A DNA stretch of 64,000 bases from the IMG/VR virus record IMGVR_UViG_3300006147_000010, positions 1 through 64,000 of that record; one strand, given 5' to 3'. This DNA comes from an uncultured virus (IMG/VR IMGVR_UViG_3300006147_000010). Taxonomy: Duplodnaviria; Heunggongvirae; Uroviricota; Caudoviricetes. Under the pieces are notes generated by a model, which was not told the origin of the DNA, searched no databases, and was given only the letters and a program-made list of their open reading frames with translations. The number at the start of each line of letters is the position of its first letter. The stretch's first letter is position 1. Made by a program: the position numbers and the translations under genes. Of the stretch, positions 28,701 through 38,345 are shown piece by piece.

Positions 28701-30598
28701 ATAACCTGTTGGATATGGCGAAGGCATCGTCCGACCTCGTGGACAAGATGCAGGACGTTGATAAGACCTTGCACGATGCTGCTGAAGAGTATGCAGCAAA
28801 TGGTGGTTTTATATCCGTTGATTCGCTGCAGGCTATCTATGACCTCGGCCCACAGTACCTCCAGTACCTTGAGGACGAGAACGGGCTGCTGGTCATCAAC
28901 GAGGATCGCATCAATGCGGTAATCGCTGCGAAGACAGAACAGCTTGCTCTTGATACCGCCATGTCGTATGTCGAGAGGCTGAGGCTTGCCGCTCTCGGAG
29001 AATCCAACGAGAATCTTGACATGCTGTGCTTCGCAACAACAAACGCCACCAACGCAACGTGGGGTCTTGTGTATGCACAGCTTGAGCAGATGCGGCTTGC
29101 CGGAGAGTTGAGCGACTCGCAGTACAATGCGGCTCTGCACAACATCCAGGCAATCCAGTCGCTGGCGAAAAATGCCATAGCCGGCATCGGACGCACAGCG
29201 GACTCGGCGAAGTCCTCATTGGAGAGTCTGAAGAAAGAGCTTGAGCAGATGCAGGATGGTGTCGATGGCATCATCAAGTATGTCATGGATATGCTGAAGC
29301 ACCGCATCCAGCAGCAGATCGACGCGCTGAATGAGATGAAGAAGGCATACGCCGACATCATCAGTCTGCGGAAAGAAGCGCTCGATGCCGCCAAGGAAGA
29401 GGCGGACTATGAGGACAAGGTTGCTGAACAGATCCAGAAGATTGCGAAACTTCAGGAGCGTATCAATGCCCTGTCTCTGGATGACAGCCGTGACGCACAG
29501 GCACAGAAGATCAAGCTGGAAGAGGAGATGTCTGACCTCCAGAAGGAGCTTGCAGATACCCAGGCGGACTATGCGCGTGACGCGCAAAAGGACGCCCTGG
29601 ATAGTATGCAGGAGGAATACGAGAAGCAGAAAGATGACGAGATCGCTATCCTTGAAGAAACAATCTCGTCTTATCAGAAGCTGTACGATATGGCTATCAG
29701 CTATATCAACCAGAACTGGAGGACGCTCTACCAGGAACTGATCGACTGGAACTATGAGTATGGGAGCGTGCTGAACTCTGAAATCACTGACGCATGGGCT
29801 CAGTGTGAGGCGGCGGCACAGCGATACGGTACATCTGTGCAGGCAATGCTTGCCGGGTTGAAAGCTGAGATAGCCAGTGTGACATCACAGCTTGCAAGTA
29901 TCAGCAACGGCTCGTACAGTATTGACGGAGGTGGCACTAACAAACCGATAGTCGTCTCTCCATCCACGGGTGATACCAACGTCAAGAATGAAGACATGGT
30001 GAGGGCTATCGTGGGGAGGATGAAGCGGCTCGGGGCTCAGTGGAGCACGCTTAATCCGAAGGAGACAAACGATAAGCTGCATAAGCAGGCTGCCGTTGAA
30101 GCCGCGAAGCTGGATCAGTATGGCGTACACGCAACATTCCGTGGGTCAGACGGTACATGGTGGATCTCTCGTGATGAATTGAATCCATCTAATGTAGGTA
30201 AGAAACTGCATAACTGCTACCACGAAGGCGGGTTTGTTGACGAACAGATTCCCCTTGGACGCAGAGAAGTTCCTGCTATCCTGGAGAAGGGGGAGCTTGT
30301 GCTGGACGGGCCAAAGCAAAAGGGTCTGTATCGTATGATCGACTTCACGACTGCGCTGTCTGAAAAGCTCGGCGCCGCATTCGGGTCTGGCGGCATAGCA
30401 AGTCTGCTCCATACGTTCAAGAGCGGGCCGGATGAAACACATGCACCACTCCCGTCCGTAACGAACAACCAGAACGAGGCTATCCATTTTGGCGATGTTT
30501 ACATCTATGGGGCAAACAAAGATACTGCCAAGCAGCACAGAGAGATCAACCGGCAATTCACCAATGAGGTTCTTGCGAACCTTCACATCAAACGATAA
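22775..30598 (+). CDS. Tape measure protein
   Basis: 2607 aa, Ala-rich helical; GTALKTVSARIRG core and C-terminal YHEGG..EVPAILEKGELVL. Confidence 0.92.
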   Translation: MAGYGFGAKVKLTVDRSRKAEFNKQISDMVGQIKVSNKFTVLQKDMDRVRREAQAMLNSNPLTLKVNKIDCSAAVNDVKRQLQTMLSALSVSNGVNITGLKDFIGTDGMDAAMRNTADAANAAVAKMNEAQAATARLSGQMEVLNTIAKSVASTYKRGTTGNGMIADEAEVQRITAAYNTWIQKVREAQATRSGDIEALQQEGLAIQRNITALQNKQTEERRAQAAAEKAARAAESAAERAAAANESEVASLKQVSSLQERMARFLRSNSRVSVSDFGTQIRTMLMELNSGSTITTERLREMEGAFVNIRSQALQTGVVGRTVFDSLRRAYEKFGGWMLITRSLTAAIHTIKNMISSVREIDGALTQLKIVTGATDEQLTAFLQNATVLAKDLGQSIKDVLGSIETFSRLGYNLVDASELAEYATILSNVAAVDTEAATTGLTSIIKGYNMNVAEAEHVADVLVQVGQKYAVSASEMMEAYEKSGAALNAANTSFEKSAGLIAAANASVQNASTVGTALKTVSARIRGAKSDLEALGEETHDLAQGFSKYAEEIKALTGFDIMVEGTTDTYKDIYDIFEGIAKVWDKLSDTQQARVSEILGGTRQLQVISSILGNWKDAAGAYSDAMTSAGTATQANATYMESINGKIGTFNATFQELSTNIFSSGLVEFFVELGTAILSALNALAKINLLLPAIISMVVAINGIRAGLAAMRSATAAAETASTINTIVAKLVAEKTATDALAVSIANLTIAEKAELATKIQAAVASGSLTAAQGEQILTTLGLAGAEGTLTGANVTLAASFKALMASIPVWGWIALGITAVITAVTALANGYKSSEERLAELNEEHNELIRSVRTAESEFRSLRDSADDVIPRFAELAKGVNQFGENVSLTDEEYQEFLSLNNRIAEMFPELNLGMDSNGNAMLALSYSADTLTESLYALVEAQRQAAAAEIAEKIPEELENIKAAEKEYEKQIRRAKDVKDVWEDVYDDIVNQELPTNIGRYSTLEAGQQAALDFIEKAQRLGMHGDVMVDNQNTTNNGYVFTVEWNYDAISLQNAKAALDSIIAGQDSVINNYENLINARWEGLNNIVSYWAETNFLYNDLNGQMRNIAKTMISGIDFASLGLDTEEKVHNYVEDYILRPLFLASPEVKTAFENLFDLQGSLKNGDITPEDFQEQVKQMFDGLYESVDADKQDDFVKAFVAGFNAMGIAGDDFNSVVEGIADNWGTVTGAMSGGNALSNVSDLAEGISELQKAYSLLETAQKEMLNGGLSADTIASLADATDDYLDYLYEENGVVKLNTEAWKENANAKMQSSMADIQNEIDLLNERNAALAETLEVYQTNKHASAGDSSMTAVWDDKIREVNEEIEANTIAIGANQAKLALYSALYGNITGDLDAYTAALRNFSNIASTIDSVSNSFQTLADLQAEVADGFTLSLDKALEFAKVYPEILNNAQVSADGQIILNQDVVNSFLQGKKAELDAQIDAQIAELEADKLVLQAKMEAAQAQLELAKNVGEGEGQVAKEVAEYRIRASNEMVQALIDNGIDEAEAFKLAAQAMSLNAEEFDRVAKEVCTDVDGNFNNAAYNAAMGIYENMERAKTDINSVTKQAHEAAKAVSGIGKGVVSGVVGKMLGSGGGKNRKGIETNVTSGEFNGFDYDFDFKGASLDDFITQVELDISTYEKAISQIDGQIAALKALKDLPLKTFESTGKNTSGSSPDASEVEEYIASIDEYREAIERLRKAQENVSNLETQIEDAGSYEKKIELQKQLIEAYKEEQAALHNLNNQRDGTIASSIDYLRELGFAVEYNADTNELWISNLEHLNELQADSKGKYKSMQEATNALRKETESLINSIEDLNEANREGSTTWLEVRDRIYETMIAMHENAIKTNENSITLTENRMDKAMDDGFIQGVSGYSNDIVSFYRQMQEAVHSEAEIYRAWGYAENSDEITKLSELWWQYEKDINDVRDRVVDNLLDMAKASSDLVDKMQDVDKTLHDAAEEYAANGGFISVDSLQAIYDLGPQYLQYLEDENGLLVINEDRINAVIAAKTEQLALDTAMSYVERLRLAALGESNENLDMLCFATTNATNATWGLVYAQLEQMRLAGELSDSQYNAALHNIQAIQSLAKNAIAGIGRTADSAKSSLESLKKELEQMQDGVDGIIKYVMDMLKHRIQQQIDALNEMKKAYADIISLRKEALDAAKEEADYEDKVAEQIQKIAKLQERINALSLDDSRDAQAQKIKLEEEMSDLQKELADTQADYARDAQKDALDSMQEEYEKQKDDEIAILEETISSYQKLYDMAISYINQNWRTLYQELIDWNYEYGSVLNSEITDAWAQCEAAAQRYGTSVQAMLAGLKAEIASVTSQLASISNGSYSIDGGGTNKPIVVSPSTGDTNVKNEDMVRAIVGRMKRLGAQWSTLNPKETNDKLHKQAAVEAAKLDQYGVHATFRGSDGTWWISRDELNPSNVGKKLHNCYHEGGFVDEQIPLGRREVPAILEKGELVLDGPKQKGLYRMIDFTTALSEKLGAAFGSGGIASLLHTFKSGPDETHAPLPSVTNNQNEAIHFGDVYIYGANKDTAKQHREINRQFTNEVLANLHIKR

Positions 30599-30605
30599 CC
30601 ACACA

Positions 30606-30635
30606 GTGGAGGGGAGTCGCTATGCTCCCCTCCAC
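30606..30635 (+). terminator. GC-rich stem-loop after tape measure
   Basis: GTGGAGGGGAG/CTCCCCTCCAC perfect 11-bp stem, no T-tract. Confidence 0.55.
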
Positions 30636-30662
30636 AATCATATAAGGAAGGAGGTTGTTTGA

Positions 30663-31460
30663 TTGGCTTTTAATTCATATGAATTCTCATTTAACGGCGA
30701 GTCATCGCTGATGTATGGGTTGATGATATACGACTATGACGGGAATGGACAGGGTAATGTCAGCTTTGGGAATCAGGCTGCAATCGTAGAAACACGAACA
30801 AACAACCGTATCCAGCCTTTACATTTCGGCGTTAACTATCATCAGAAACCACTGGAGTTTAAGCTGGTCTTCGGCGCGGAGAACCCGCTGGACAGGTATG
30901 ACCTGCAGAACATTTCCATGTGGTTGACAGGTCACCAGCAGTATCAATGGCTGTCTATCGACCAGCCGGATTTGGAGCATGTTCAGTTCCGGTGCCTGAT
31001 CACCAAGCTGACTCCTCTCGCACACAGTTGGCTCCCCGTGGCTTTTGAAGCAAATATCCTGTGCGATTGTCCGTATGCCTACGGGTGTCCGTTTGAGGAG
31101 AGCTACACTATTAACGGCGAAACCAATATCCTGTTCCGCAACAACGGTTCAGTCCGTGAGTATTTTAAGCCGTATATTTCTTTCCGCCCTGCATTTGGTA
31201 CAACAGAGCTGAAGATTGTCAATGCAGATGATGGAGGCAGGGAATTTCTGCTGAGCGACATACCTACCGGCGCCGCTGTCGTGAACATTGATAATCGAAA
31301 TGGAATCATACAAGACCAAGACAACAAGTTCAATCTGTACGATGGGTTTAAGGACTGTATGAAGTTCTTCAGGCTTGTCCATGGAGATAACAATCTTGTT
31401 GTTACCGGGAATGGGACACTGACAATCTACGGTAGGTTCTTGTATAACGTGTCAGCGTAA
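30663..31460 (+). CDS. Distal tail (Dit) protein
   Basis: Follows TMP; FSFNG start, CDCPYAY, FFRLVHGDN motifs. Confidence 0.8.
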   Translation: MAFNSYEFSFNGESSLMYGLMIYDYDGNGQGNVSFGNQAAIVETRTNNRIQPLHFGVNYHQKPLEFKLVFGAENPLDRYDLQNISMWLTGHQQYQWLSIDQPDLEHVQFRCLITKLTPLAHSWLPVAFEANILCDCPYAYGCPFEESYTINGETNILFRNNGSVREYFKPYISFRPAFGTTELKIVNADDGGREFLLSDIPTGAAVVNIDNRNGIIQDQDNKFNLYDGFKDCMKFFRLVHGDNNLVVTGNGTLTIYGRFLYNVSA

Positions 31461-31471
31461 GGAGGTGCAGG

Positions 31472-34400
31472 ATGTATCTCGACTATTCAAAGATTGAGTT
31501 CGACCGGGATGGCAATCCTGAGATGCCAGAGCTGATGCTGAAAACACTAAGCGACAAAGTGATCGGCGTGATACCCGGCGTACACAAACTCAAACTGAAC
31601 ATCAAGTTTTCTGAACCAAGTGAGATTTCATTCGATGTTCCAGCCGTCATCGACGGCGTGGAGAATCCCATATACAAGTATCTGTGTGGTCATAAGCAGA
31701 TTTACACGGAACACTATGGCGTGTATGAAATCATCAACCCAAAGACATCCGCTGACGGTATCTCTGAAATCAAGCATGTCACCGGATACTCCTATGAGAA
31801 AACGCTGGAATCTAAAAAGTTCTTCCTTGAGGAAGGTACGTTCAACTTTTGGAACCCATCGTCACCAACAGATACTGTGCTTGGTCGTATTCAAGAGACC
31901 GCGATCGGATGGAGAATCGGATATGTCTCACCGACACTGATTGGCAAGTATCGTACATTCGACGGGTATGACAACTATTTGCTCCAGTTCATATACAACA
32001 GTGCGCCTGAGAAATATCGTTGTGTATTCGTATTCGATACATACGAGAGAACCATCAATGTCTATGACAGCGACCAGCGGATAGCTAACCTGCCCATCTA
32101 TCTTGACTTCGACAATCTGGTAGAGAAGCTGGATATAACCGAGAAAAGCGACGAGCTTGTCACGGCACTGAGCCCGTATGGCGCAGATAATCTGGATATC
32201 CGTGCGGTCAATCCGACTGGTACCAACTGGATATATGACCTTTCATATTTCATTGCGAACGGTGATATCAAAGGGGATCTCGCTGATAAGTGGAATAGCT
32301 GGCAGCGCAGTGTGCTGAGCAACCAGATGTACTATAAGGGTCTTGTCGCTTTGCAGGCTTCTACGACAGCGAAGGTTCTTGCAGAGCAGGCGGAGCTTAC
32401 AGACCTGAACGGTCAGCTTGACTCAATGATCAATCAGCAGAGCGTTACGATTCAGGCGTTGGCTATGGAAACAACAGCCGCCGGCAAAGCGAGTCAACAG
32501 AATTTGCTGAATACGATCAACGCGAACATCAAGGCCAAGAGGGCTGAGATTGATGCCAAACAGAATGAGATAGATACATCAAAAAGAGAACTGGCATCGT
32601 ACACAAATGAGATCAAGGCCATCGTTGACGAGCTGTCAATCAAGAAGTATTTCACCGACAGCGAATATAAGGAACTGTCAAACTACATGACAGAACAGGA
32701 TATCACTGAGAAGACATTCGTCGCGTCTACTGTAGATGCTACTGTGTCTGGTGAATCTTACTCTGTGCCAAATACGAGCGTTGCTATCAGCAGTTCGTCG
32801 ATATCTATGGTTGACCTGACGGGTAAGTTTTCAAAGCGGATGTTTGTACTCGCAGGCGGTACACTCGCGCTATCCGGCAGTACGTCTATCTCATGTGACA
32901 TTATCAGGGGAACGGTAGAGACAAAGAACAACGGTGCATTCGTTATGAGCGTGTACGCCGGGACGATCCGCGTCGGGACTAAAACGGCTTCAAGTGGTCT
33001 CATTACGATATCCGGTACGTACTCAGGGCTGTCAAGTAATGTTGCCCCTGTGACGGTGGCCGGTGTGACTACGAACGAAGGAACAACAATGAGGTTTACC
33101 GTTGCGTCCGGGTCAATGTTCCTGACCGGCAATGTCAGCGACTATCAGAAATACTCCGTTCAGATGGAGCTGTATGACTATGCGGTCAAAGTTCTCAAAG
33201 ATCTTGCAACACCCACCTATGAGTTCACCGTGGATTCTGGGAACTTCCTGTTTGAGCAGGAGTTCGCTCCGTTCCGAGATGGACTGGAGCTTGGCAAAGG
33301 CGTGTACCTGAATGTTGGGCCGTACGTTGTTACACCATACATCATTGAGTTTGAGCTGAGCTTCGAGGATCGCAGCGCATTTTCCATCGTATTCTCCAAC
33401 CGCTTCAAGAGACCTGACGAAACGAATACTCTCGCAGACATGATCGAGAAGAGCTATTCGAACAGCCGCAGCTTTGACGCCAGCAAGTATATCTACAACC
33501 AGACAACGTCGCAGGCGTCAGAGGTATCGAAGTTCATGTCAGACGCATTGGATGCTGCAAAGAATGCGGTGCTTGGTGGGTCAGGTACAGTCAAGTATGA
33601 CGCGACCGGGCTGACTGTAGGCGTTGGTTCCAGATATCAGATCCGTATGGTTGACCGCATGATCGCCATGACAGATGACAACTGGGAACACGCGAAGGTT
33701 GGTATCGGTTTGATTGCCACACCAGACGGCGGGAGCAACTTCGTTGTCAACGCTGAGGTCATCGGAGGCAAACTGATCGTCGGCAATAACCTGGTGATTG
33801 AGAACGAAAATGATACAGGTGTGATGCAGTTCAAGGTGGATGCCTCCGGCGCATGGCTGAACAACGCAACCTTTATCCTCCAAAAAGATAACGGCGGGAA
33901 GATCATCATCGACCCGAAGTACGGTATCGTGGGCGGGAATGGTAACCTGTATACAACAAGCGGGACAACGGTAACACCAGCATTCATCGACAGTAGGGGC
34001 AAGGTCACGCTTGACGCAGATGGTATGCCGACCAACTCCAACTTCTACCTGGACATCCGTGACGGTAGTGTGTACTTTCGCGGAAAGATTTTCGCACAGG
34101 CTGGTGGTAAGATCGGTGGATTCACCATCAATACAAGTGAGCTCGTATCTAACAAATCAGGGTACGAGGTTGGTATCAATGGAGACCCATTGTATTCTGC
34201 AGACAATCCAAACTATGCGTATGCTTTTTGGGCCGGGTCGTATACACCATCCCGCGCGAAGTTCTGGGTCAAGAAGGACGGGACGATTTACTCGAAGGGT
34301 GCCACGCTGGATTCTGCTACCATCAACAATGCGACTATCAAGACGGCGACTATTGATCATGCGAACATGACCAACGCGACTGTGAGCGGCGTACTGAATT

Positions 34401-35023
34401 CCCCAACAGTGACCGGGCTTATGAATGCTTCTGGCGCTACGCTGGTCGGCCCTGAGATCTATGTTCCAAATAAGGCAAACTGGAAATTCAAGGTTGACAG
34501 CAGCGGGAACGTATATATCAAAGACGGCAGCATCAGTTGGGGTGCGGTGACTGGAACATCAGAAATCGACAACCGTATCGCGTCGGCACAGAACACAGCG
34601 AACTACGCCTATTCACTTGCAGACTCTGCATATGACGCGGCAGATTACGCTCAGAGTGCCGCCATAGCAGCAGAGAATCTTGCAAGGCGTATCGCAAACG
34701 GTACGTTCAACAACGGTACATTTATCAATGGCACCGAGATATACAGCCCAACAATTTATGCAGACGAGTTCGTTGTTATGCCAAGAAACAGTTATTCAGG
34801 CCGATGGACAGGCGGGTATAGCATGTACGGGTATTTTGGCAATCAACTGTTCAAGATGCTCAACATCGGGTATGCGGATACTGGTTTCAGTCCTGAGATC
34901 GAGTTCTGGAGCCCGGCAGGGGCATACGCTTACTGGGGCTTTAACCGCACCATGTTCAGCGGGTATTGTGATTTCAGCGGGGCAACAGTGACTGGTCTTT
35001 CGACAACTGCAACATTCGGATAG
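31472..35023 (+). CDS. Tail tip/Tal-like protein with coiled coil and beta-rich extension
   Basis: 1183 aa after Dit; NPTGTNWIYDLSYF; GKIGGFTI repeat-type motif. Confidence 0.75.
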   Translation: MYLDYSKIEFDRDGNPEMPELMLKTLSDKVIGVIPGVHKLKLNIKFSEPSEISFDVPAVIDGVENPIYKYLCGHKQIYTEHYGVYEIINPKTSADGISEIKHVTGYSYEKTLESKKFFLEEGTFNFWNPSSPTDTVLGRIQETAIGWRIGYVSPTLIGKYRTFDGYDNYLLQFIYNSAPEKYRCVFVFDTYERTINVYDSDQRIANLPIYLDFDNLVEKLDITEKSDELVTALSPYGADNLDIRAVNPTGTNWIYDLSYFIANGDIKGDLADKWNSWQRSVLSNQMYYKGLVALQASTTAKVLAEQAELTDLNGQLDSMINQQSVTIQALAMETTAAGKASQQNLLNTINANIKAKRAEIDAKQNEIDTSKRELASYTNEIKAIVDELSIKKYFTDSEYKELSNYMTEQDITEKTFVASTVDATVSGESYSVPNTSVAISSSSISMVDLTGKFSKRMFVLAGGTLALSGSTSISCDIIRGTVETKNNGAFVMSVYAGTIRVGTKTASSGLITISGTYSGLSSNVAPVTVAGVTTNEGTTMRFTVASGSMFLTGNVSDYQKYSVQMELYDYAVKVLKDLATPTYEFTVDSGNFLFEQEFAPFRDGLELGKGVYLNVGPYVVTPYIIEFELSFEDRSAFSIVFSNRFKRPDETNTLADMIEKSYSNSRSFDASKYIYNQTTSQASEVSKFMSDALDAAKNAVLGGSGTVKYDATGLTVGVGSRYQIRMVDRMIAMTDDNWEHAKVGIGLIATPDGGSNFVVNAEVIGGKLIVGNNLVIENENDTGVMQFKVDASGAWLNNATFILQKDNGGKIIIDPKYGIVGGNGNLYTTSGTTVTPAFIDSRGKVTLDADGMPTNSNFYLDIRDGSVYFRGKIFAQAGGKIGGFTINTSELVSNKSGYEVGINGDPLYSADNPNYAYAFWAGSYTPSRAKFWVKKDGTIYSKGATLDSATINNATIKTATIDHANMTNATVSGVLNSPTVTGLMNASGATLVGPEIYVPNKANWKFKVDSSGNVYIKDGSISWGAVTGTSEIDNRIASAQNTANYAYSLADSAYDAADYAQSAAIAAENLARRIANGTFNNGTFINGTEIYSPTIYADEFVVMPRNSYSGRWTGGYSMYGYFGNQLFKMLNIGYADTGFSPEIEFWSPAGAYAYWGFNRTMFSGYCDFSGATVTGLSTTATFG

Positions 35024-35035
35024 GGGTGATGGGAC

Positions 35036-35704
35036 ATGGCGAGCTATACCGTATCTTGTACCACCACTTCTGTAACATTCCGTGTGACCGGGTTGACGAA
35101 AGGGCAATATGTCCAGTTGTACGTCCGTCTTGAAAGCGGAAGCAACGCGGTCATAAGTGAGTCTTATACCGCGAGCGGGTCATCATTAACAAGGTCTTTT
35201 TCTGGGCTATCACCAGGAACGGACTATGCGGCGAACGTAAAGGTTGGAGCGACCGGAAGTTCTGCAACCTGGCTTGGTAAGAAGTCGTTTACCACTAAAG
35301 GAGAGAGTAAGCCGTCAGTAGACAAATGGTCATGGAATAGATCTAATGGCAGCGCGTCAGCATCGCAGACAATGGCTGCATATTCTGCCGTCACAAGTAA
35401 AGGTCTGACAAGCAATTTCTCTTATCTTGTCTGGAACGATATGGTCGATAAGGTGGACGAGCTTGTCAGGGCGTTTGGGAAGAGCTGGAACAGCGGGTAT
35501 GCCAGTCTCGGCTCAACCAGGATGAGCAGCTACAATAAAGATATAACCGCCGTTCGATTTAATTCCCTTCGGCTTAATCTCTCCTTATCCGGGTCTCATT
35601 CGTTCTCCGCATATATCCCAACCGTCAGTAGAGGCGACACTGTTTACGGGTCGTACTTTACAGGTATCGCAACAGAAATCAACCGCTTGGTTGATAAACT
35701 TTGA
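35036..35704 (+). CDS. FN3-domain virion protein
   Basis: SGLSPGTDY FN3 signature. Confidence 0.65.
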   Translation: MASYTVSCTTTSVTFRVTGLTKGQYVQLYVRLESGSNAVISESYTASGSSLTRSFSGLSPGTDYAANVKVGATGSSATWLGKKSFTTKGESKPSVDKWSWNRSNGSASASQTMAAYSAVTSKGLTSNFSYLVWNDMVDKVDELVRAFGKSWNSGYASLGSTRMSSYNKDITAVRFNSLRLNLSLSGSHSFSAYIPTVSRGDTVYGSYFTGIATEINRLVDKL

Positions 35705-35729
35705 ACATAGAGCTAAAGGAGATTGAACT

Positions 35730-35918
35730 ATGAAAGACGAAATCATGCAACGGATCGAGGCTGTTCTGGCCGCACTCAACAATGTGTATGTCAGGGGGAA
35801 ACCAAACCTCGACAACCTGTCCGGTAGTATCGCCATCCTTGAAGGTTTGGCTGGTACCCTGTCCGGTTGCGACATTATCGAGAATGTGAGCGGTGAGGAC
35901 GCAGATCCGAAGGAGTAG
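35730..35918 (+). CDS. Small hypothetical protein
   Basis: RBS AAAGGAG; ORF. Confidence 0.65.
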   Translation: MKDEIMQRIEAVLAALNNVYVRGKPNLDNLSGSIAILEGLAGTLSGCDIIENVSGEDADPKE

Positions 35919-35936
35919 GAAAGGCGGTGATACCGC

Positions 35937-36320
35937 ATGATTGAATGCTTTAACCCATATGTGTTGCCGACCATTGAGTTTGTTGGCGGCGAGACACAGG
36001 AGCTTTTGTTCAACATGTACTTCTACCAGGGCAAGAAGCCGTTCAGTATGGTCGGCTGTATCAGCAGCTTCTCTATCGTGAGTTTCAATAATAAGAATGG
36101 CTCACCGATTCTGCGCAAGGACATGACAGTTCTGGAGAACCAGGACGGCACATCGCTCAATGTTCTGTCTGTTGAGCTTACCCCGGAGGAGACATATAAG
36201 TTGTCTGGCAAGTACATCTACCAGATATCCATCAAGGATGTGTCAGGCAATATCGAGATCCCAAAGCAAGGGCTCATGTATATCATCAACAACATCAATA
36301 AGGGCTTCATCACATCGTAA
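35937..36320 (+). CDS. Baseplate upper (BppU-like) protein
   Basis: L.PEET..LSGKYIYQI motif. Confidence 0.5.
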   Translation: MIECFNPYVLPTIEFVGGETQELLFNMYFYQGKKPFSMVGCISSFSIVSFNNKNGSPILRKDMTVLENQDGTSLNVLSVELTPEETYKLSGKYIYQISIKDVSGNIEIPKQGLMYIINNINKGFITS

Positions 36321-36377
36321 CCGGCGCGTATAGCGACCGGCTTTTATTATGCCCATTTCAACAAGGAGGAACGAAAA

Positions 36378-36776
36378 ATGACGACTACCTATTTTCTGAA
36401 TGTCGTGGCGGGCAATGTCTATGGCTCAGGCACCCTGACTCCTCTGCCGAGCAAGTATTACATCGGCCTGAGTACAACTGCTCCGAATATCAATGGCACC
36501 AACGTGACAGAACCATCTGGTTCCGGCTACACCCGTATGGAGCTGACCAGCCTGGGCGCCCCGTCCAGCGGCGTTGTGACGAACACGGCGGCTATCGACT
36601 TCCCTGAGAGTACCGCGAGCTGGGGTACTGCTACCCACTTCGTCATCTATGACGCACTGACCAACGGGAACCTGCTCCAGTACGGCCCACTCTCCACTCC
36701 GCGCAGTATCGAGCCCGCAACCATCATGTCTATCCCCGCAAACTATCTGAACCTGAGTATGCAGAATCCTGTGTAA
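36378..36776 (+). CDS. Tail fibre/baseplate structural protein
   Basis: YIGLSTTAP..GY.R..FPESTASWGT.THF.IYDA.T.GNLL pattern common in phage tail genes. Confidence 0.65.
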   Translation: MTTTYFLNVVAGNVYGSGTLTPLPSKYYIGLSTTAPNINGTNVTEPSGSGYTRMELTSLGAPSSGVVTNTAAIDFPESTASWGTATHFVIYDALTNGNLLQYGPLSTPRSIEPATIMSIPANYLNLSMQNPV

Positions 36777-36791
36777 TCACGGAGGTGGCGT

Positions 36792-37727
36792 ATGGCTAAG
36801 CAATTTGATGTCTTTCTGCGGCGCCACCTGATAGAGTGTGACATCCTTATCCAGTCTCTTCCGTATCGTGATGGTATCTCTGTGACAGATCGTATCATCG
36901 TTGACGCTGTTTTGCAGGGGTGCAAACTGATGCGTATTGCTGCTGCCCAGTCTGGTATCGAGGTAAATGCGCAGATCGACCGCCTTATCAAAACATGTTT
37001 GGAGCGTCTAAGTCTCCAGACTGTGATGGATGCGTCTGTCGATTTGAAAGCAACCAATATTGCGAAGCCAGTCAACGAACCAATCGTGATGGACGCCAAG
37101 AATCTCGGCACCCTGGAGACCGTCCTGAACCGGGCGGAAGCAGGTATGGTCATGGCGGTCAATCCGCTTGTCACAAAGATTGCGAAGTCTCTTGGGCAAA
37201 TGAATACCGGTATCGTGGTCGGCGCGAACGTGACCGATACGCTGAAGAAAAGTATCTTGACGCTACGTGCAGACACTACTCTCGATGTCGAGGTTCAGGG
37301 CGAACTGAAGAAAGGGCTTCTGGATCTCGACACCGAGATTTGCATGGACGCCACTTTGGCGAGCTTGTGTAAACGTATCGGGTTCGATGCCGTTGCCGGT
37401 ATTGAAATGGCTGTGACATGTCTTGGCACAAAGCTATACCACTCGCTTGGTCGTGGGTATAGCGGCATTTCAGTTGACGCAAAGGTTACCGGTACGAAGG
37501 CGAGGAAGATAGAGACTGCGGAGACCATCGTACAGATCATGGCAGATATGTCAGCAGTTCTGATTAAGCTGATATACCCCGAAGATGTGGACGTGTGGAT
37601 TGACGCGGAGGTTTCTGAATCTCAACTCAAACGATACAGACTTATGTCTGACCTCGGCGATACAACGTTGGAGGATCTTGGTGACATGACACTGGATGAT
37701 TTCTACTACATCATCCTTGCTGGATAG
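36792..37727 (+). CDS. Hypothetical tail protein
   Basis: ORF with RBS GGAGGTG. Confidence 0.65.
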   Translation: MAKQFDVFLRRHLIECDILIQSLPYRDGISVTDRIIVDAVLQGCKLMRIAAAQSGIEVNAQIDRLIKTCLERLSLQTVMDASVDLKATNIAKPVNEPIVMDAKNLGTLETVLNRAEAGMVMAVNPLVTKIAKSLGQMNTGIVVGANVTDTLKKSILTLRADTTLDVEVQGELKKGLLDLDTEICMDATLASLCKRIGFDAVAGIEMAVTCLGTKLYHSLGRGYSGISVDAKVTGTKARKIETAETIVQIMADMSAVLIKLIYPEDVDVWIDAEVSESQLKRYRLMSDLGDTTLEDLGDMTLDDFYYIILAG

Positions 37728-37751
37728 CGTCACATTTATAACCATCAGGAG

Positions 37752-38321
37752 GTGAAAGAGATGTTCTATATCAAACTGAATGATGATATGGAGCTTGTCA
37801 TCACAGTTCGTGAGGCGATCCACAGAGGCGATCACCTCAACCAAAAGCTCACCTTCCTTGTGCCTCTGCAAGTTGGCGATATCGATCCCGCCACTGCCGC
37901 TCTGTATCTGAGCTATATCCGCGCAGACGGAACTGCGGACATCGACTTGCTTCATCGAGAGAAGGAACTGTATAACGAATCGTACTACCAGTTCACCATG
38001 CCAGTCACCAGCAAACTGACACGGTATGCTGGCCCTGTTACCACCTTCCTCACCATCTACGCCGGCCCGACAAACTCCCCTATGGTTGTCAAGAGCGGCG
38101 AATGTATGCTGCAGGTCATGGCGTCTACCAACATGGACGACCTTGTGACAGATGAGGGTCTGTCCCTTATCTACAGTATGCAGAAACAGATGGAAGAAAA
38201 ACTTGCAGACGGTCTTGCAGAAAAGGCAGACGGACTCGCCTTCGACGACGGCACAAGGGAGCTGCAACTTAAATCCGGGGATACGATGATTGGCGAACCG
38301 GTCGTCGTATCTACAACCTAA
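37752..38321 (+). CDS. BppU N-terminal-like baseplate protein
   Basis: YIRADG..D, LTRYAG motifs. Confidence 0.55.
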   Translation: MKEMFYIKLNDDMELVITVREAIHRGDHLNQKLTFLVPLQVGDIDPATAALYLSYIRADGTADIDLLHREKELYNESYYQFTMPVTSKLTRYAGPVTTFLTIYAGPTNSPMVVKSGECMLQVMASTNMDDLVTDEGLSLIYSMQKQMEEKLADGLAEKADGLAFDDGTRELQLKSGDTMIGEPVVVSTT

Positions 38322-38345
38322 TTTATATGGAAGGAGGGTACAAGC